Source: an uncultured Gemmatimonadaceae bacterium (lineage in GTDB: Bacteria; Gemmatimonadota; Gemmatimonadetes; Gemmatimonadales; Gemmatimonadaceae). From it: 64,000 nucleotides of DNA. Shown here in pieces: positions 12,838 through 24,248 of this stretch (position 1 is its first letter; every line of letters begins with the position of its first letter). The stretch is from assembly GCA_963829055.1 (NCBI GenBank), contig CAWHHI010000011.1, positions 352,001 through 416,000 of the forward strand. Reading direction: 5' to 3'. The translations under genes and the position numbers were made by a program. The notes beneath the pieces are model-generated. The model was given only the letters and a program-made list of their open reading frames with translations. It was not told the DNA's origin and did no database searches.

Positions 12838-13775
12838 CACGGCAATACAGACACCGGTTCGATCTGCGCGCGGATCTCGCCGCCGGGATTGGCCTCTGTG
12901 TGCACGTTCACGTACGTGCGGCCAGTCCTCATGAGCGTCAACAATGAGTCGAGGCTGATTCCGGGGATCTGAATGTTCGTCGACGTGAAGCTTCCGCTGG
13001 CGAGGGTGCCGGTGATGGGGCCCGTCGGCGGCGTGGCGCTGAACAGGGGGACCACGATCGGCCCCGCGGAGTCTGCGACGCCGGCATGAATGTGCGCCAT
13101 GGTCGCGCCGGTGAGCCCGGCAACCGAGATGTTGTACTTCACGCTACCGTCACTCCTCACCTCGAACGTCGCCGTCCCGGTCGCCGTCGACAACACCGGT
13201 GTCGGCCGCTCCTTTGCGCCACTGAGCGCGCTGGCCGCGAATAACTCGTTGGGTGCGGCTTGTCCGTTCGAGGTGAGTTGACCGCGTATTAGACCTGTAG
13301 GATACGCCCTCGTGTGAATATCGATATAGGCGGCGCCAACGCTCATGAGCGTCGCGAGCGAGTCGAAACTCACACCACCACCTACCTCCGATTCCGACAC
13401 CGAGCCACTCGCGATAACCCCGGGGGACAGCGCGGTGTCCGACGCGTTGGTGAACAGCGTGACGAGCACCGGGCCGCTCGAGACCGCGGCTCCACCGAGA
13501 TGGATGTGCGCGGCAATGGCCGACCCGAGATTTACTGACGTGATTGCGTAGGCGAGCGTTCTCAGGTTCGAGCCGATCTCAGCCTCGCGAATCCTCACAT
13601 CAGCGGTGGCTGTTACAGTCGTGGTGACTGGTACGGGGCGAACGCTCGCTCCCGAGAGAGCGGCGCTGAACCGATCGACATTGCTCTTTCCGAGCCCGAG
13701 CGTGTTGTCCTCATTACACGCAACAAGGAATGGGAGGACGAGAACAGCGACCGCGACAAGACGGGTGCTACTCAT
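12837..13775 (-). CDS. Tandem CHRD-domain lipoprotein
   Basis: Lipobox LVAC; two AHIH...YxxxHT...GxIRxQ units. Confidence 0.88.
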   Translation of the reverse strand: MSSTRLVAVAVLVLPFLVACNEDNTLGLGKSNVDRFSAALSGASVRPVPVTTTVTATADVRIREAEIGSNLRTLAYAITSVNLGSAIAAHIHLGGAAVSSGPVLVTLFTNASDTALSPGVIASGSVSESEVGGGVSFDSLATLMSVGAAYIDIHTRAYPTGLIRGQLTSNGQAAPNELFAASALSGAKERPTPVLSTATGTATFEVRSDGSVKYNISVAGLTGATMAHIHAGVADSAGPIVVPLFSATPPTGPITGTLASGSFTSTNIQIPGISLDSLLTLMRTGRTYVNVHTEANPGGEIRAQIEPVSVLP

Positions 13776-13919
13776 CTGATGAGACTCCGGCACAGTTTCA
13801 CTTCCGTGGATTGCGTGGGACACATGGTCAGCAAGAATCGCGCAGACTGATGCGTTACCAGCGCATGCGCGGCACTTCGTTCCGTATCGCGCTCGCGCTC
13901 AATAGCTTTCGCAACCGTA

Positions 13920-14637
13920 ATGGACTTCTCAAATATCGCCAGCACACTGTCTGGCCGCCCACTCGTCGCACTGCCGCTGTTGTTCGCCGCCGGAGTGCTG
14001 ACCAGCCTCACGCCGTGCATCTACCCGATGATCCCGATCACCGCGGCGATCGTCGGTGGCCACAGCGCGACCGAGACGCGGACCGGCCCGCTGGCGGCCT
14101 CTGCTATTATCGCTAACATACGCGTTCGGCCTCGCCATCGTCTACTCGGCGCTGGGACTTTTCGCCGGCCTCACGGGTACACTCTTCGGCACCATCAGCA
14201 CGAACCCATGGCTGTACTTTGCCATGGCGAACCTGGTGGCGTTCGCCGGACTGGCGATGCTCGACGTCATTCCGGTACGCATCCCGTCGTCGCTGATGCA
14301 ACGCGCATCGACGGCAGGCACGGGAGGCCGGTTCTCGGGCGCGTTGGTCATGGGCGGGATGTCGGGGCTCGTGGCGGCCCCGTGCTCCGCACCCGTGATG
14401 GCGGCGGTGCTCACGTGGGTCACCACGACAAAGAGTGCGTGGCTCGGGTTTGCGTACCTGTTCGCGTTCTCGCTCGGGATGTGTGCGTTGCTCGTCGCCG
14501 TCGGAGTGTCGAGCGGCACGGTGAGTCGATTGCCGCGGGCGGGAATCTGGATGGTTCGCGTGAAGCAGGTGTTCGCGTTCGTGCTGCTCGGCGTCGCTGA
14601 GTACTACCTGATCAAAATGGGACAGTTGCTCATATGA
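13920..14637 (+). CDS. ccdA: CcdA/DsbD-beta thiol:disulfide transporter, 1 frameshift
   Basis: SLTPCIYPMIP and AAPCSAP Cys motifs; multiple TM helices. Confidence 0.88.
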
Positions 14638-15230
14638 GCTATCAGTTATCGGCAATCAGCCAGCGGCAAAGCAGAAGCCTGAGCATCGCGACCCTCGCGA
14701 CCATCGCGGCGGCCCTCGTCGCGATAGCACTGAGCCCGGCGCTTTCCGTTCCCGGTTCCCCGTTCCCGGTTCGCGCCCTTCAGGCGCAGGAGACCGGACT
14801 GCCCGTGGGGACCAAGGCTCCCGTGTCGACGATCGTGCAGACGCTGGACGGCAAGCAGTTCGACCTCGGACAGTACGTCGGCAAGACGCCAGTGCTGCTC
14901 GAGTTCTGGGCGACGTGGTGCCCGAACTGCAAAGAGCTCGAGCCGACCATGGATCTGGTGGCGAAGAAGTACGCCGGCAAGATGAAGTTCGTCGCTGTCG
15001 CCGTCTCGGTGAACCAGTCGCCCGAGCGCGTGAAGCTGTACGCGGAGAAGCACGCACTGCCGCTCGAGGTCTACTTCGACACGAAGGGGAACGCCGCGGA
15101 CGCGTACGACGCCGCGGCGACGTCCTACATCGTCGTCCTGAACAAGGCCGGCACGGTGGTCTACACGGGGCTCGGTGGGACGCAGAACCTCGAAGCCGCG
15201 GTCAAGAAGGGGCTCGGCGGCGGCTCAGAT
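14634..15230 (+). CDS. TlpA family thiol:disulfide oxidoreductase (3' end uncertain; ORF reads to 15395)
   Basis: FWATWCPNC; ATGA overlap with ccdA. Confidence 0.88.
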
Positions 15231-15726
15231 GCTCTTCGCGACGGCGCCCTCGCGCTTCGTGAACAGCAGCGTCTGGCGCCGCCCGCCGATGGATGTCTGC
15301 ACGATGTTCACCTGGTCATCGTAGCGGTCGAACAGCACGCGATTCGTCAGGCGTGCGCCGCTGACGGTTCGCAGCGCCGGCGCGCGCAAGCGTGACCCAC
15401 ACCAGGTCTTCCGTCCGCCGGACATTCGTCACGACGAGCGCGGCAGATCGCCCGGCCGCGTCCGTCAGCCCTACGGTTCGCGCCAGGTATCGTGCTGCCG
15501 CCGAGTCCGACGGCGTGGGAACCGGAGCCCGTACCGTGCGCGTGTGCCCAGCAATCGCGGCCGAGAAGTCGTCGACGAACGCGCGGAGGACGATCTGCAC
15601 ACCGCCGTCCGGTGCGACCGTCACCTCGGTGAGCGTGGTGTGGAGCGGATGCGAGTAGGCTCGCGGCGCGAGAACGCCAAGCGCTGTCAGACCCGCCAAC
15701 GTCAGAATCACCCATCGCCACATCAT
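15225..15726 (-). CDS. DUF6702-like secreted protein, frameshifted
   Basis: Signal peptide then HPLHTTLTE; LFDRYDDQVNIV. Confidence 0.7.
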
Positions 15727-15792
15727 ACTCGACCTAACGAGTGCAGTCGCGTGGAGTGATGTCGACCCGCCGGGGCGACCATGGACGCGTCA

Positions 15793-16409
15793 CTACCATG
15801 GGAAGCGCTCCAGCATCCAGCGCGCCGCGACAGACATCACGAGCGACTGAGACGCCGAGCGTGCGGAGTCGTACCGCGCGCTCGGGCATGCCGCGCCACG
15901 ACGCAGACGACGCAACGGTGATCACGCGATCGAGCGCGACGAACGACAGGAACGCGATCGCGATCACGATCAACTGACCGGCCTCGAGGCCGAGATTGAA
16001 GCCCGAGGAGCGGAATGGCAAGTCGATCGACGAACAGGCTGCGCAGGTAGTTGGCGAAACCGGCGCCGTGCACGAGACCAAAGACCGCCGCGAACACGGG
16101 ACGATACCGGCGACCCCAGATCGCTGTCGAGCGATCGCGCACGATCAGGTTCTCGAGGGCCGTCGCGACGATCGTCACGGGAATCAGGAATTCGATGATC
16201 GCCGATGGCATCACCAGCGCGCCGGTCACCGCCAGGGCGAGCGTGATCGAGTGCCCGACCGTGAACGCGGTGACCACCTTGACGCACTCGCGCCAGTCGC
16301 GGAAGCGGTAGATCGCCGCGAGCGCGAGCAGGAACAGGATGTGATCGGCGCCTCGCGGGTCAGTGATGTGCCGAAAGCCGAGTGTGGCGAATGCAATAAG
16401 CTCAGACAC
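15793..16409 (-). CDS. HupE/UreJ family membrane protein, frameshifted
   Basis: DHILFLLAL, AFTVGHSITL, FGLVHGAGFA, FNLGLEAGQ. Confidence 0.88.
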
Positions 16410-17746
16410 CGGGCTTCCCTCCCGCCGCGACGACCGGCTCGTCGTGAAGCCCGACGCCTAACGCCCGAAGCGTGCGCTCGGCGATCGGCCCCTGGGTCGG
16501 ACTGAAGCGGGCATTGAGCTGAATCGTGCGAGCGAGCATCGAGCGCGCGGTCACCGAGTCGCCGGCGGCGAGGGCGATCATGCCGCTGTGATAGAACAGG
16601 GATGGCGTCCTCGGTGCCCTGCGACAACGCGGCCGCCGCTGCTCGACGCGCCTCCGCGATGTGACCGGACTTGTACGAGGCCCACGCGAGCAGATCGTAG
16701 CCGTACACGTCGCGTCGTCCCACGATGTCCCTCCGCGCCTCGCGCAGGACGCGGGCGACGTCGCGGTCGTGGTCGAGCAGGAACAGTCCCCACGCGCGGT
16801 GAATTGCCCCCGGTTGGCTGAGCGCGCTCACGGCCATCGCGTCCGCGAACGACCGCGCCTGTGCGGTGTCGCCGAGGGCGGAGTAGGCGTCGCTCATGGT
16901 GCCTAACGTTGCCGGGTCGAGCTGCACGGCGATCGCCCGCGCGCCGTAGTCCACCGCCCTGGTCCAATCCGCCCTCGCCGCGGACAATCGAGCGAGACCA
17001 CCGAGCGCGCGGTAGTCGGTTGGCAGCGCGACGAGCGCCCGCTGGAACGCGGAGTCGGCGGCATCGAGCTGCCCACCTCGCAGGTAGAGCTCGCCCAAGC
17101 GGTAGTGGAACCACGCCAGTTGCTCGCGTGGCGCGTCGCTCACTCTGGCCAGCCGCGTCGCCGACTGCCGCAGGATTGCCCGTGCCTTCTCGAGACGCCC
17201 GGTCACCTCCGACCAGCGCGCGAGTCGAGCGGCGATCGATGGCTTGTCGGCGTCGTCTTTCACAGCGGCGAAGTGTCGATCCGCGTTCGCGTAGTCGCCG
17301 ACCTCGAGCTCGACTTCGGCGAGCAAGGCGGTGTGGCTCGCATCGGTCGTGTCCGTCGCGTAGAGCTGTCGCGCGACGCGCAGCGCTTCCGCGAAGTCGT
17401 GCTTCGCGAGCAGTGCGGACGTGAGCAGGACGAACGTGGCGGAGTTGTGGGACTCGCGCAGGTCGAGCGATGCGCGAGCGAGAACGGCCGCGCGCTCGTA
17501 GTCCGGGTAGCTACCGGTTTCGCGCGCACGCTGGAGGTACAGCCCGGCCAACCGTGACCGGTCCGCGGCGCTCAGAGTGTCCTCCGCGATGCGGCGCTCG
17601 TAGAAGTCGATATCGAGCGATCGGATCTCGGATTCGGATCGCGGCGCCGCGGATGGTGTCGCCGTTACCCGGTGTGGTCGGGCAAGCGTGAGCCCCCCAA
17701 CGATCGCTGCGCCGGCCGCGAGCGCGGCCCAGGCGGTACGCCCCAT
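16402..17746 (-). CDS. Tetratricopeptide repeat protein, frameshift near C-terminus
   Basis: N-terminal TM; helical repeats YLQRARETG, RRDVYGYDLLAWA. Confidence 0.8.
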
Positions 17747-17836
17747 GATTCCTCCACGTCAGTCGGTGCGGGGCGAGCGATTGGCTCGCCACGTGGAGGT
17801 ACGTCGGGCGCGGCGGATCGGATTGGGGATGGGATT

Positions 17837-18096
17837 GTCATCCCGAGCGTCGGCGAGAGTACTCTTGGATCCCTCACGTACCCGATCCTCCGAGCCGACA
17901 AGAACAAAGCGAAACGGCAACAGCAAGAGACAGGATTGCCAGGATTGGCAGGATTAACGGGATGTCTCACGGACGGACGCGATCCGCCAGCCGGCAATCC
18001 TGTCAATCCTGCGAATCCTGTCTGTCGTTGTTTTGTAGCTGCAGGTCCCGGCTACAATCAAGTTCGAGAAGGTCCCTCGCTGGCGCTCGGGATGAC
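17837..18096. repeat. Composite nested palindrome: REP-like arms enclosing CAGGATT/AATCCTG inverted repeats
   Basis: gtcatcccgagcgtcggcgag pairs with ctcgctggcgctcgggatgac; inner gacaggattgccaggattggcaggatt pairs with aatcctgtcaatcctgcgaatcctgtc. Confidence 0.8.
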
Positions 18097-19598
18097 AGGC
18101 GCTGCCGCCCCTCTTGGTGACATAGCGTCGAGGACCTCGCTGCCCACGGCGAGCAGCCCCTCCACCATCGCTCGAATGTGCGCCGGCGTCGATCGCGGGT
18201 TCATCATCGTCACGCGCAGGACTCGGCGGCCCTCGAGCAGCGTAGACGTGATCCAGCCGGCGCCCGATCGGTTGTACCGGTCGCGAATCTCGCGGTTGAT
18301 CGCGTCAGCGTGCTCGTCATCCGACGTCGCCTGCCGCCCACGTAGCGGAAGCAGAGGATGTTCGACTCGGGCGCGTGAAGGACCTCGAACTCCGGGTGCG
18401 TCGAGAGCTCGTCGCGGACCGCGACTGCCAGATCGCACAGGTGATCGTGCAGACGCCGCGATGCCGCGACGCCCGAGTCGCTGGAGCACCACCCACAGCT
18501 TGAGCACATCGGCGCGTCGCGAGCACTGGAAGCTGCGAACGCCCTGGTCCCGAACGCGCGTCGCGTCACCGTCACCGTGGAAGAGGTACGGCGCGCGCTG
18601 GAGCGAACGCCGCCTGCAGCTGGCGCTCGTCGCGCACGAGCAGCATGCCGGCCGGAAGCGGCAGCAGCATCATCTTGTGCGGGTCCCACGCGATCGACCG
18701 CGCACGCTCGATGCCGCGCACGCGATGTCGATGACGTTCGGACAGCAGCGCGGTCGCGCCATGCGCGCCATCGATGTGCAGCCAGATGTCGCGCTCCTCG
18801 CACAGGCGCCCGATGGCGTCGATGTCATCGAACGCGCCGGTTGCCGTGTGTCCCGCGGTCGCGACGACTGCCATCACCGGCGTGTCTGACGTCCGCGCAG
18901 ACGATCGAGCTCGCGCTCGAGTGCGCGAACGTCCATGCGGTAGCTCGACCGACGGAATGATCGACCACGCTTCGCATCCCGAGACCGAGCTCGAGCGACG
19001 GCGCGCGTGACCGCGTAGTGCGTGTGCTCGCCGCAGAGCACGACTGGCTTCGGGTCGCCGACGCCATTCGTCCATGCGTCGGGCAGCGCGGCCGCGCGCG
19101 CCGCCAGCAGCGCGGAGAATGTCGCTTCGGTTCCGCCCGACGTGAACGTCCCACCACTGCCCGCGGGGTAGCCGACCGCGTCGCACATCCAGCGGACGAC
19201 GCGGTGCTCGACCGACGTGAGCGTGGGCGACATCTCCTCCACGGCCACGGACTGGTTCAGCGCGGAGATGACGGCGTCCGTCCAGACGGCGGTCGGCAGC
19301 GGAAACGACACCTGGTGCCCCATGTACATCGGGTGCGCGAGCCGGTTCGCGTCGGCCAGGATCTCGCGTTCGCATCCGCGCGACGATCGTCGGCCAGCGG
19401 ACGGTCCGTCCTCCGGCAGCGGCTCATCGAATCGCGCGGTCGATCTCGTTAGGCGGACGCCCGGCGACACCGGACCTTCGCCGCGGCGTGTGGTCTCGAA
19501 GTATGTCGTCGCGAGCGCCGATCAGCTGCGCCGCGCCTTCCGCCGTGGCATCGGCTCGAGCGTCGCGCATCACATCATCGATCATTGGATTCCTGCAT
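18058..19598 (-). CDS. Group II PLP-dependent decarboxylase, many frameshifts
   Basis: HPMYMGHQV, GTFTSGGTEA, ATAGHTATGAFD, WLHIDGAHG, WDPHKMM (PLP lysine). Confidence 0.88.
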
Positions 19599-19599
19599 T

Positions 19600-20149
19600 C
19601 ACTCGTGAAGTAGACTGCCCGTGAGCGGCAGCGTGAGAAGATGGCGCGCCGGTTGTGGGTCGTTGCTCAGCGAACATTCGATCTGCGTCACCTCGACCGG
19701 GCCATCGACGCGAAACGACAGCAGCGAGCGCCGTTCGCTCGGCGCGACGAGCTGGCGGTAGAAGCTCAGCGTGATGTGCGGCGTGAACGCGAAGCGCGGA
19801 GGCGATACGTCAGCCCACTTTGCTCGATCCGTTCGTGCAGCTCACGCAGCGGCCCGTACGGGCGTAGCGGCAGCACGATGATCTCCGTCTGCATGAACCG
19901 AACGGGAGCGCCCGAGCTCGAGCGTGAGCGGCGGCGTGGACGCGGCAATCGGCCCGAGAGCAGCCGCGAGATCGCGCACCGTCGTCGTTGGAGCGATCGG
20001 ACCCGCGCCGGATGACCCGATGATCGTGATGTGCGGCGGCAGAGGCGCGCGAGCTTCGGATCGAAGCGCGCCTGGACCTGGCGAATCCAGCTCGGCGAGC
20101 GACGTCTGGATTGGCGCGATGACATAGATACCCGTCCCCGGCTCGCCAT
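19600..20149 (-). CDS. 2H phosphoesterase (2'-5' RNA ligase family), frameshifted
   Basis: Two HxT motifs on manual translation: PPHITII and FTPHITLSF. Confidence 0.7.
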
Positions 20150-20247
20150 CGTCGGGGCGGTTTCGCCGGGGACCCGCCTGGCTTTCCCTTCACCGTCTGC
20201 TCGGTGCCATGGCTCGGTAATATCGACGTCGGAACGGCCGGACCGCC

Positions 20248-21292
20248 ATGCTCGCCTTGGCGCAGCTGGCCGTCGACGGCATCATTCCGGCCGTGACTAC
20301 GACCATCGATGCGTCGGCCGCCGTGCGCCGCGCGAATGAATTTCCATCGCTCGCACTCGGCGAGTTCCCGTCGCCGATCGAGGAAGCTCAAGCGGCTTCG
20401 CTCGGCGCTCGGCTCCGGGCGCGCGCATTTTCGCGAAGCGTGACGACGCGATCTCGTTCGGCTTCGGCGGCAACAAGGTTCGAAAGCTTGCCGATCGTCG
20501 CGGCGCAGGCGATCGCTGATGGCGCCGACGCGCTGATCACGGTCGGCGGCGTCCAGTCGAATCACGCGCGCGCGACCGCGGCGACGGCCGCCAAGCTCGG
20601 GCTGCGCTGCCATCTCGATCGCGAACGGAGCGCCGCCCGACAGACTCACGGGAAACGCGTTGCTCGACTGCGCTGCTCGGCGCCGAGGTCGAGTACGTGG
20701 CCGCGCGGACGGATCGCGTGCCGGCGATGCGGCGAGCGGCGGAGCGCATGCGCGCCGCGGGCGGGCATCCGGTCGAGATTCCGCTCGGTGCGTCGACACC
20801 CGACGGGCGCGATCGGATTCGTGCGCGCGGTCGGCGAGATGCTCGCAGCAGGGCGTGCGTCCGGACGTGATCGTGCACGCGACGTCGTCGGGCGGTACGC
20901 AGGCGGGGCTCGTGGCGGGGTGCGCGCTACACGGCCTCTCGACGCGCGTCATCGGCGTGAGCGCGGACGATCCGGCGGCCGACGTCGAGCATCAGGTTCG
21001 CTCGATCATCGCGGGAATGGAAGCGCCTCTCGGCTCTCCACTCGCGGACATCGCGCGCGACGTGCCGATCGAGGTCGACGACACGTTCGTCGGCGACGGC
21101 TATGGCGTGCCGACGCCGGCGTCGATCGAGGCGCAGCGGCTCGCGGCACGGACCGAGGCTTTGTTCGTGGACCACACGTACACGGCGAAGGCGCTTCGCG
21201 GCCCTCGATCGTGCGTACGCGACGGGCGGATGCCTAACGATGCAACGGTGTTGTTCTGGCACACGGGCGGGCAGGTCGGACTGTTCGCGTAA
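20248..21292 (+). CDS. D-cysteine desulfhydrase/ACC deaminase family PLP enzyme, frameshifted
   Basis: GGNKVRK, GGVQSNHAR, SSGGTQAG, DHTYTAKA, FWHTGG. Confidence 0.88.
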
Positions 21293-21391
21293 CCGTCAGC
21301 GTGTGATCGCGCGCGGGAGCCGGCGCAGCGGGCAGATGAGGGAGCTTGTCGAGCATCATTGTGGTCGGACCGGCTACGATGACATCACAGA

Positions 21392-21420
21392 AGATCCCTC
21401 GCTGCCGCTCGGGATGACAG
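21392..21420. repeat. REP-like half element
   Basis: agatccctcgctgccgctcgggatgacag is nearly identical to 18073-18098. Confidence 0.7.
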
Positions 21421-21421
21421 A

Positions 21422-21468
21422 GGCACCCAGCGTCACCCAGCCACCAGCACGACCACCCAGCCACCAGC
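21422..21468 (+). repeat. 47-bp dispersed repeat, copy 1
   Basis: 44/47 identical to the reverse complement of 58297-58343. Confidence 0.8.
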
Positions 21469-22198
21469 GCTGTTCGTCGTCTCGCTACCAGCTTCCGCGT
21501 TCGCCGGCAGCCGCAACCACCGTTGCCAGTCGCTCGGCCGCGTTTCGCCAGTTCGTTTCCACCGCTGCCTGCGCGCCCGGCGCGTTGCCGCCACGAATCG
21601 TCTTGACGATCGCGCGGTGCTCAGCGACGGAACGGTGGAGCTCGGCCGTCGAGCATGCTCACGTACAGACGCTCGTAGCGCTCCGCCTGCGGCTTCACCG
21701 TCGCGTGAAGCGCGAGCACGCGCGGACCGGCAGCCTTCATGTAGCCGCGATGGAATCGCTCGTCGAGCTCGAAGATGCGAGCGTGATCGGGGCGCGCCGC
21801 GGCGGCCGCCGCGCGCGAACGCGTCGTTGATCTCGGTCAGCTGCGGCCGCGACCGCCGAACGCTCGGGCGCGGGAGCCTAACGCGGCCTGCGAAACGCGG
21901 CCAGTCCCTCCAGGGCACCGACGAGCAGGAACAGCTCGCGCGCGTCCTCGCTCGTGAGCGGTGCCACCGTGGGCCGCGTCTGCTGGAGCGTCGGCGAGTC
22001 GACGACGTACCCTTCCTGCTGCAGTCGCTGCAGCGCACCGCGCACCGGCGTGCGACTCACGCCCGAGCCGTGTCGGCGACCTCCGTCTCGACGATGCGCG
22101 TGCCCGGGCGCGAGCCGGCCGTCGATGATCAGCGCGCGCAACCGCTCGTACACTTCCTGCGGTCGGGCGCGCTTGCGCGGGGTGGCCGGTGTGCTCAT
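21433..22198 (-). CDS. GntR (FadR/FCD) family regulator, frameshifted
   Basis: VYERLRALIIDGRLAPG, GVSRTPVRGALQRL HTH; 3' end uncertain. Confidence 0.88.
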
Positions 22199-22210
22199 TA
22201 TTTGTATCGG

Positions 22211-22226
22211 AATTTGTATACAAATT
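22211..22226. promoter_or_regulatory. Putative GntR operator, perfect palindrome AATTTGTATACAAATT
   Basis: 16-bp perfect AT-rich palindrome between divergent gntR and GNAT genes; TTGTATACAA core typical of GntR sites. Confidence 0.75.
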
Positions 22227-22255
22227 TCGCCTATTTACCAACCGCCCGACCCGCA

Positions 22256-23121
22256 GTGCAAGAGTCTTCGCTCGCCCACGCCGTGACGTCGGAGCCGACG
22301 GCATCGTTCTCCGCCCGCTCACCATCGCATCGCCGAGTACGACGAGGCCGTCACGCTCCAGGACGAGATCTGGGGCGCGGGGTTCAGCGACCGCGTGCCG
22401 GCATCCATCCTCCGCGTCGGCCAGAAGGTCGGCGGCGTCACCGCCGCTGCGTTCGACGCCGAACGGTCGCATGCTCGGTTTCGTGTTCGGGCTCACCGGC
22501 GTGCGCGACGGTCGTCTGGTCCACTGGTCCGACATGCTCGCCGTCCGCGAGGATGCGCGCGGCAAGCAGCTCGGCGAGAGACTCAAGCATTACCAGCGCG
22601 AGGTCGTGCGCGCCGTCGGCGTGCGAGACGATGTTCTGGACGTTCGATCCGCTCGTCGCGCGGAACGCACACTTCAACCTGAATCGACTCGGCGCGCGCA
22701 TCGCCGAGTACATCCCGAACTTCTACGGCTCGAACACCGGCAGCATCCTGCACGGCGCACTGCCCACAGACCGCTTCGTCGCCGAATGGGAGATCACGCC
22801 CGCGGGTCGCGAACCGGCCGAACGCGGCCAGCGCGACCGCGAACGCCGCCGACGACATCGCGCGAACCACGGTCGTCGAGAACGGACGAGTCCGCGGCGA
22901 TCGATCCACTGCCGACGCGGCGACGGTGCCGGTGCCCATCCCACGCGACATCGAGCCCTGCTCGCTCCGAGCCGGACACGGCACTCGCGTGGCGCCTCGC
23001 GACGCGCGAGGCCATCATGCACTATCTCGCGCTCGGCTATCGGTGACCGCGTTCCACCGTGGCATCGAGCACGAGCTACCCGCCTACGAACTCACGCACT
23101 CCCCTTCCCGACCACGCATGA
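22256..23121 (+). CDS. GNAT-fold acyltransferase (putative D-amino acid N-succinyltransferase), frameshifted
   Basis: HWSDMLAV, WTFDPLVARNAHFNLNRLGA, PTDRFVAEW; directly upstream of NSAR/OSBS. Confidence 0.8.
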
Positions 23122-24248
23122 TCACTCTCAGCAAGATCCGACTGCGCGAGATTCGTCTCCCGCTTCAAGGAGCCGTTTCGCATCTCGTCCGGCGTCATCT
23201 CCGATCGTCGCATCCTGCTGCTCGAGCTGACCGACGTGAACGGCGTCACGGCGTGGAGCGAGTGCGTCGCCGGCGAGTCGCCGAACTACACGCCCGAGAC
23301 GATCGACACGGCGTGGATCGCGATCACGAAGTGGGTCGCGCCGCGCGTGCTCGGCACGGCGTTCGCAGCAGCCGGGCGACGTCCACGCCGCGCTGGACAA
23401 GGACTTCCGCGGCCACAACATGGCGAAGGCCGGCGTCGAGATGGGCATCTGGGGGCTCGCCGCCGACGGCGGCGGGACTGCCGCTCTGCCGGATGCATCG
23501 GCGGCACCCGCACGTCCATCGCCACCGGCATCTCGCTCGGCATCGAGAAGTCCCCGGCAGCGCTCGTCGCCAAGGCGCGCGCCGCGGTCGCCGGAGGGCT
23601 ATCGCAAGGTCAAGATCAAGATCATGCCGGGATCCGACGTCGAGTTCGTGCGCGCGGCGCGCGAGGAGCTCGGGCCGTCGGCGCCGCTCATGGCCGACGC
23701 GAACAACGCCTACACGCTCGACGACATCGATCAGCTCGCGGAGCTCGACACGCTCGACCTGATGATGATCGAGCAGCCGCTCGCCTGGGACGACATCGTT
23801 CGCCACGCGCGAGCTGCAGCAGCGCCTCGAGACGCCGGTCTGTCTCGACGAGTCGATCACGTCGCTCGACCGCGCGATCGACATGCACACGTTAGGCAGC
23901 GGCCGCATCATCAACATCAAGCCGGGCCGCGTCGGCGGCTTCGGACCGTCCATCGCCATTCACGACTTCTGCGAGCAGCACGGGATTCCGGTCTGGTGCG
24001 GCGGCATGTTCGAGAGCGGCGTCGGCCGCGCGTACAATGTCGCGCTCGCGTCGCTCCCCAACTTCACCAAGCCTGGCGACGTGTCGCCGAGCGCGCGCTA
24101 CTGGGAGCGCGACATCGTGACGCCGGAGTGGACGATGGACGCGCGGGAATGGTCAAGGTGCCGCTCGATCGCCCCGGGATCGGCGTCGACCGTCGACGTC
24201 GATCGCGTGGACAATCTGACGGTACGCAGCGACGTGATCTGGACGTGA
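23118..24248 (+). CDS. menC: o-succinylbenzoate synthase / N-succinylamino acid racemase (enolase superfamily), frameshifted
   Basis: [51 protein letters not shown]. Confidence 0.9.

Noticed and set aside
17672..18889. Long antisense or alternative-frame ORFs (e.g. 17672-18889, 9577-10400, 26722-27870, 27155-28546)
   Set aside because: Arg/Pro/Ala-rich shadow ORFs typical of high-GC DNA, overlapping genes with clear motifs.
23118..24248. Menaquinone biosynthesis cluster
   Set aside because: No menB/D/E/F genes in the window; the GNAT and M20 neighbours indicate a racemase context.
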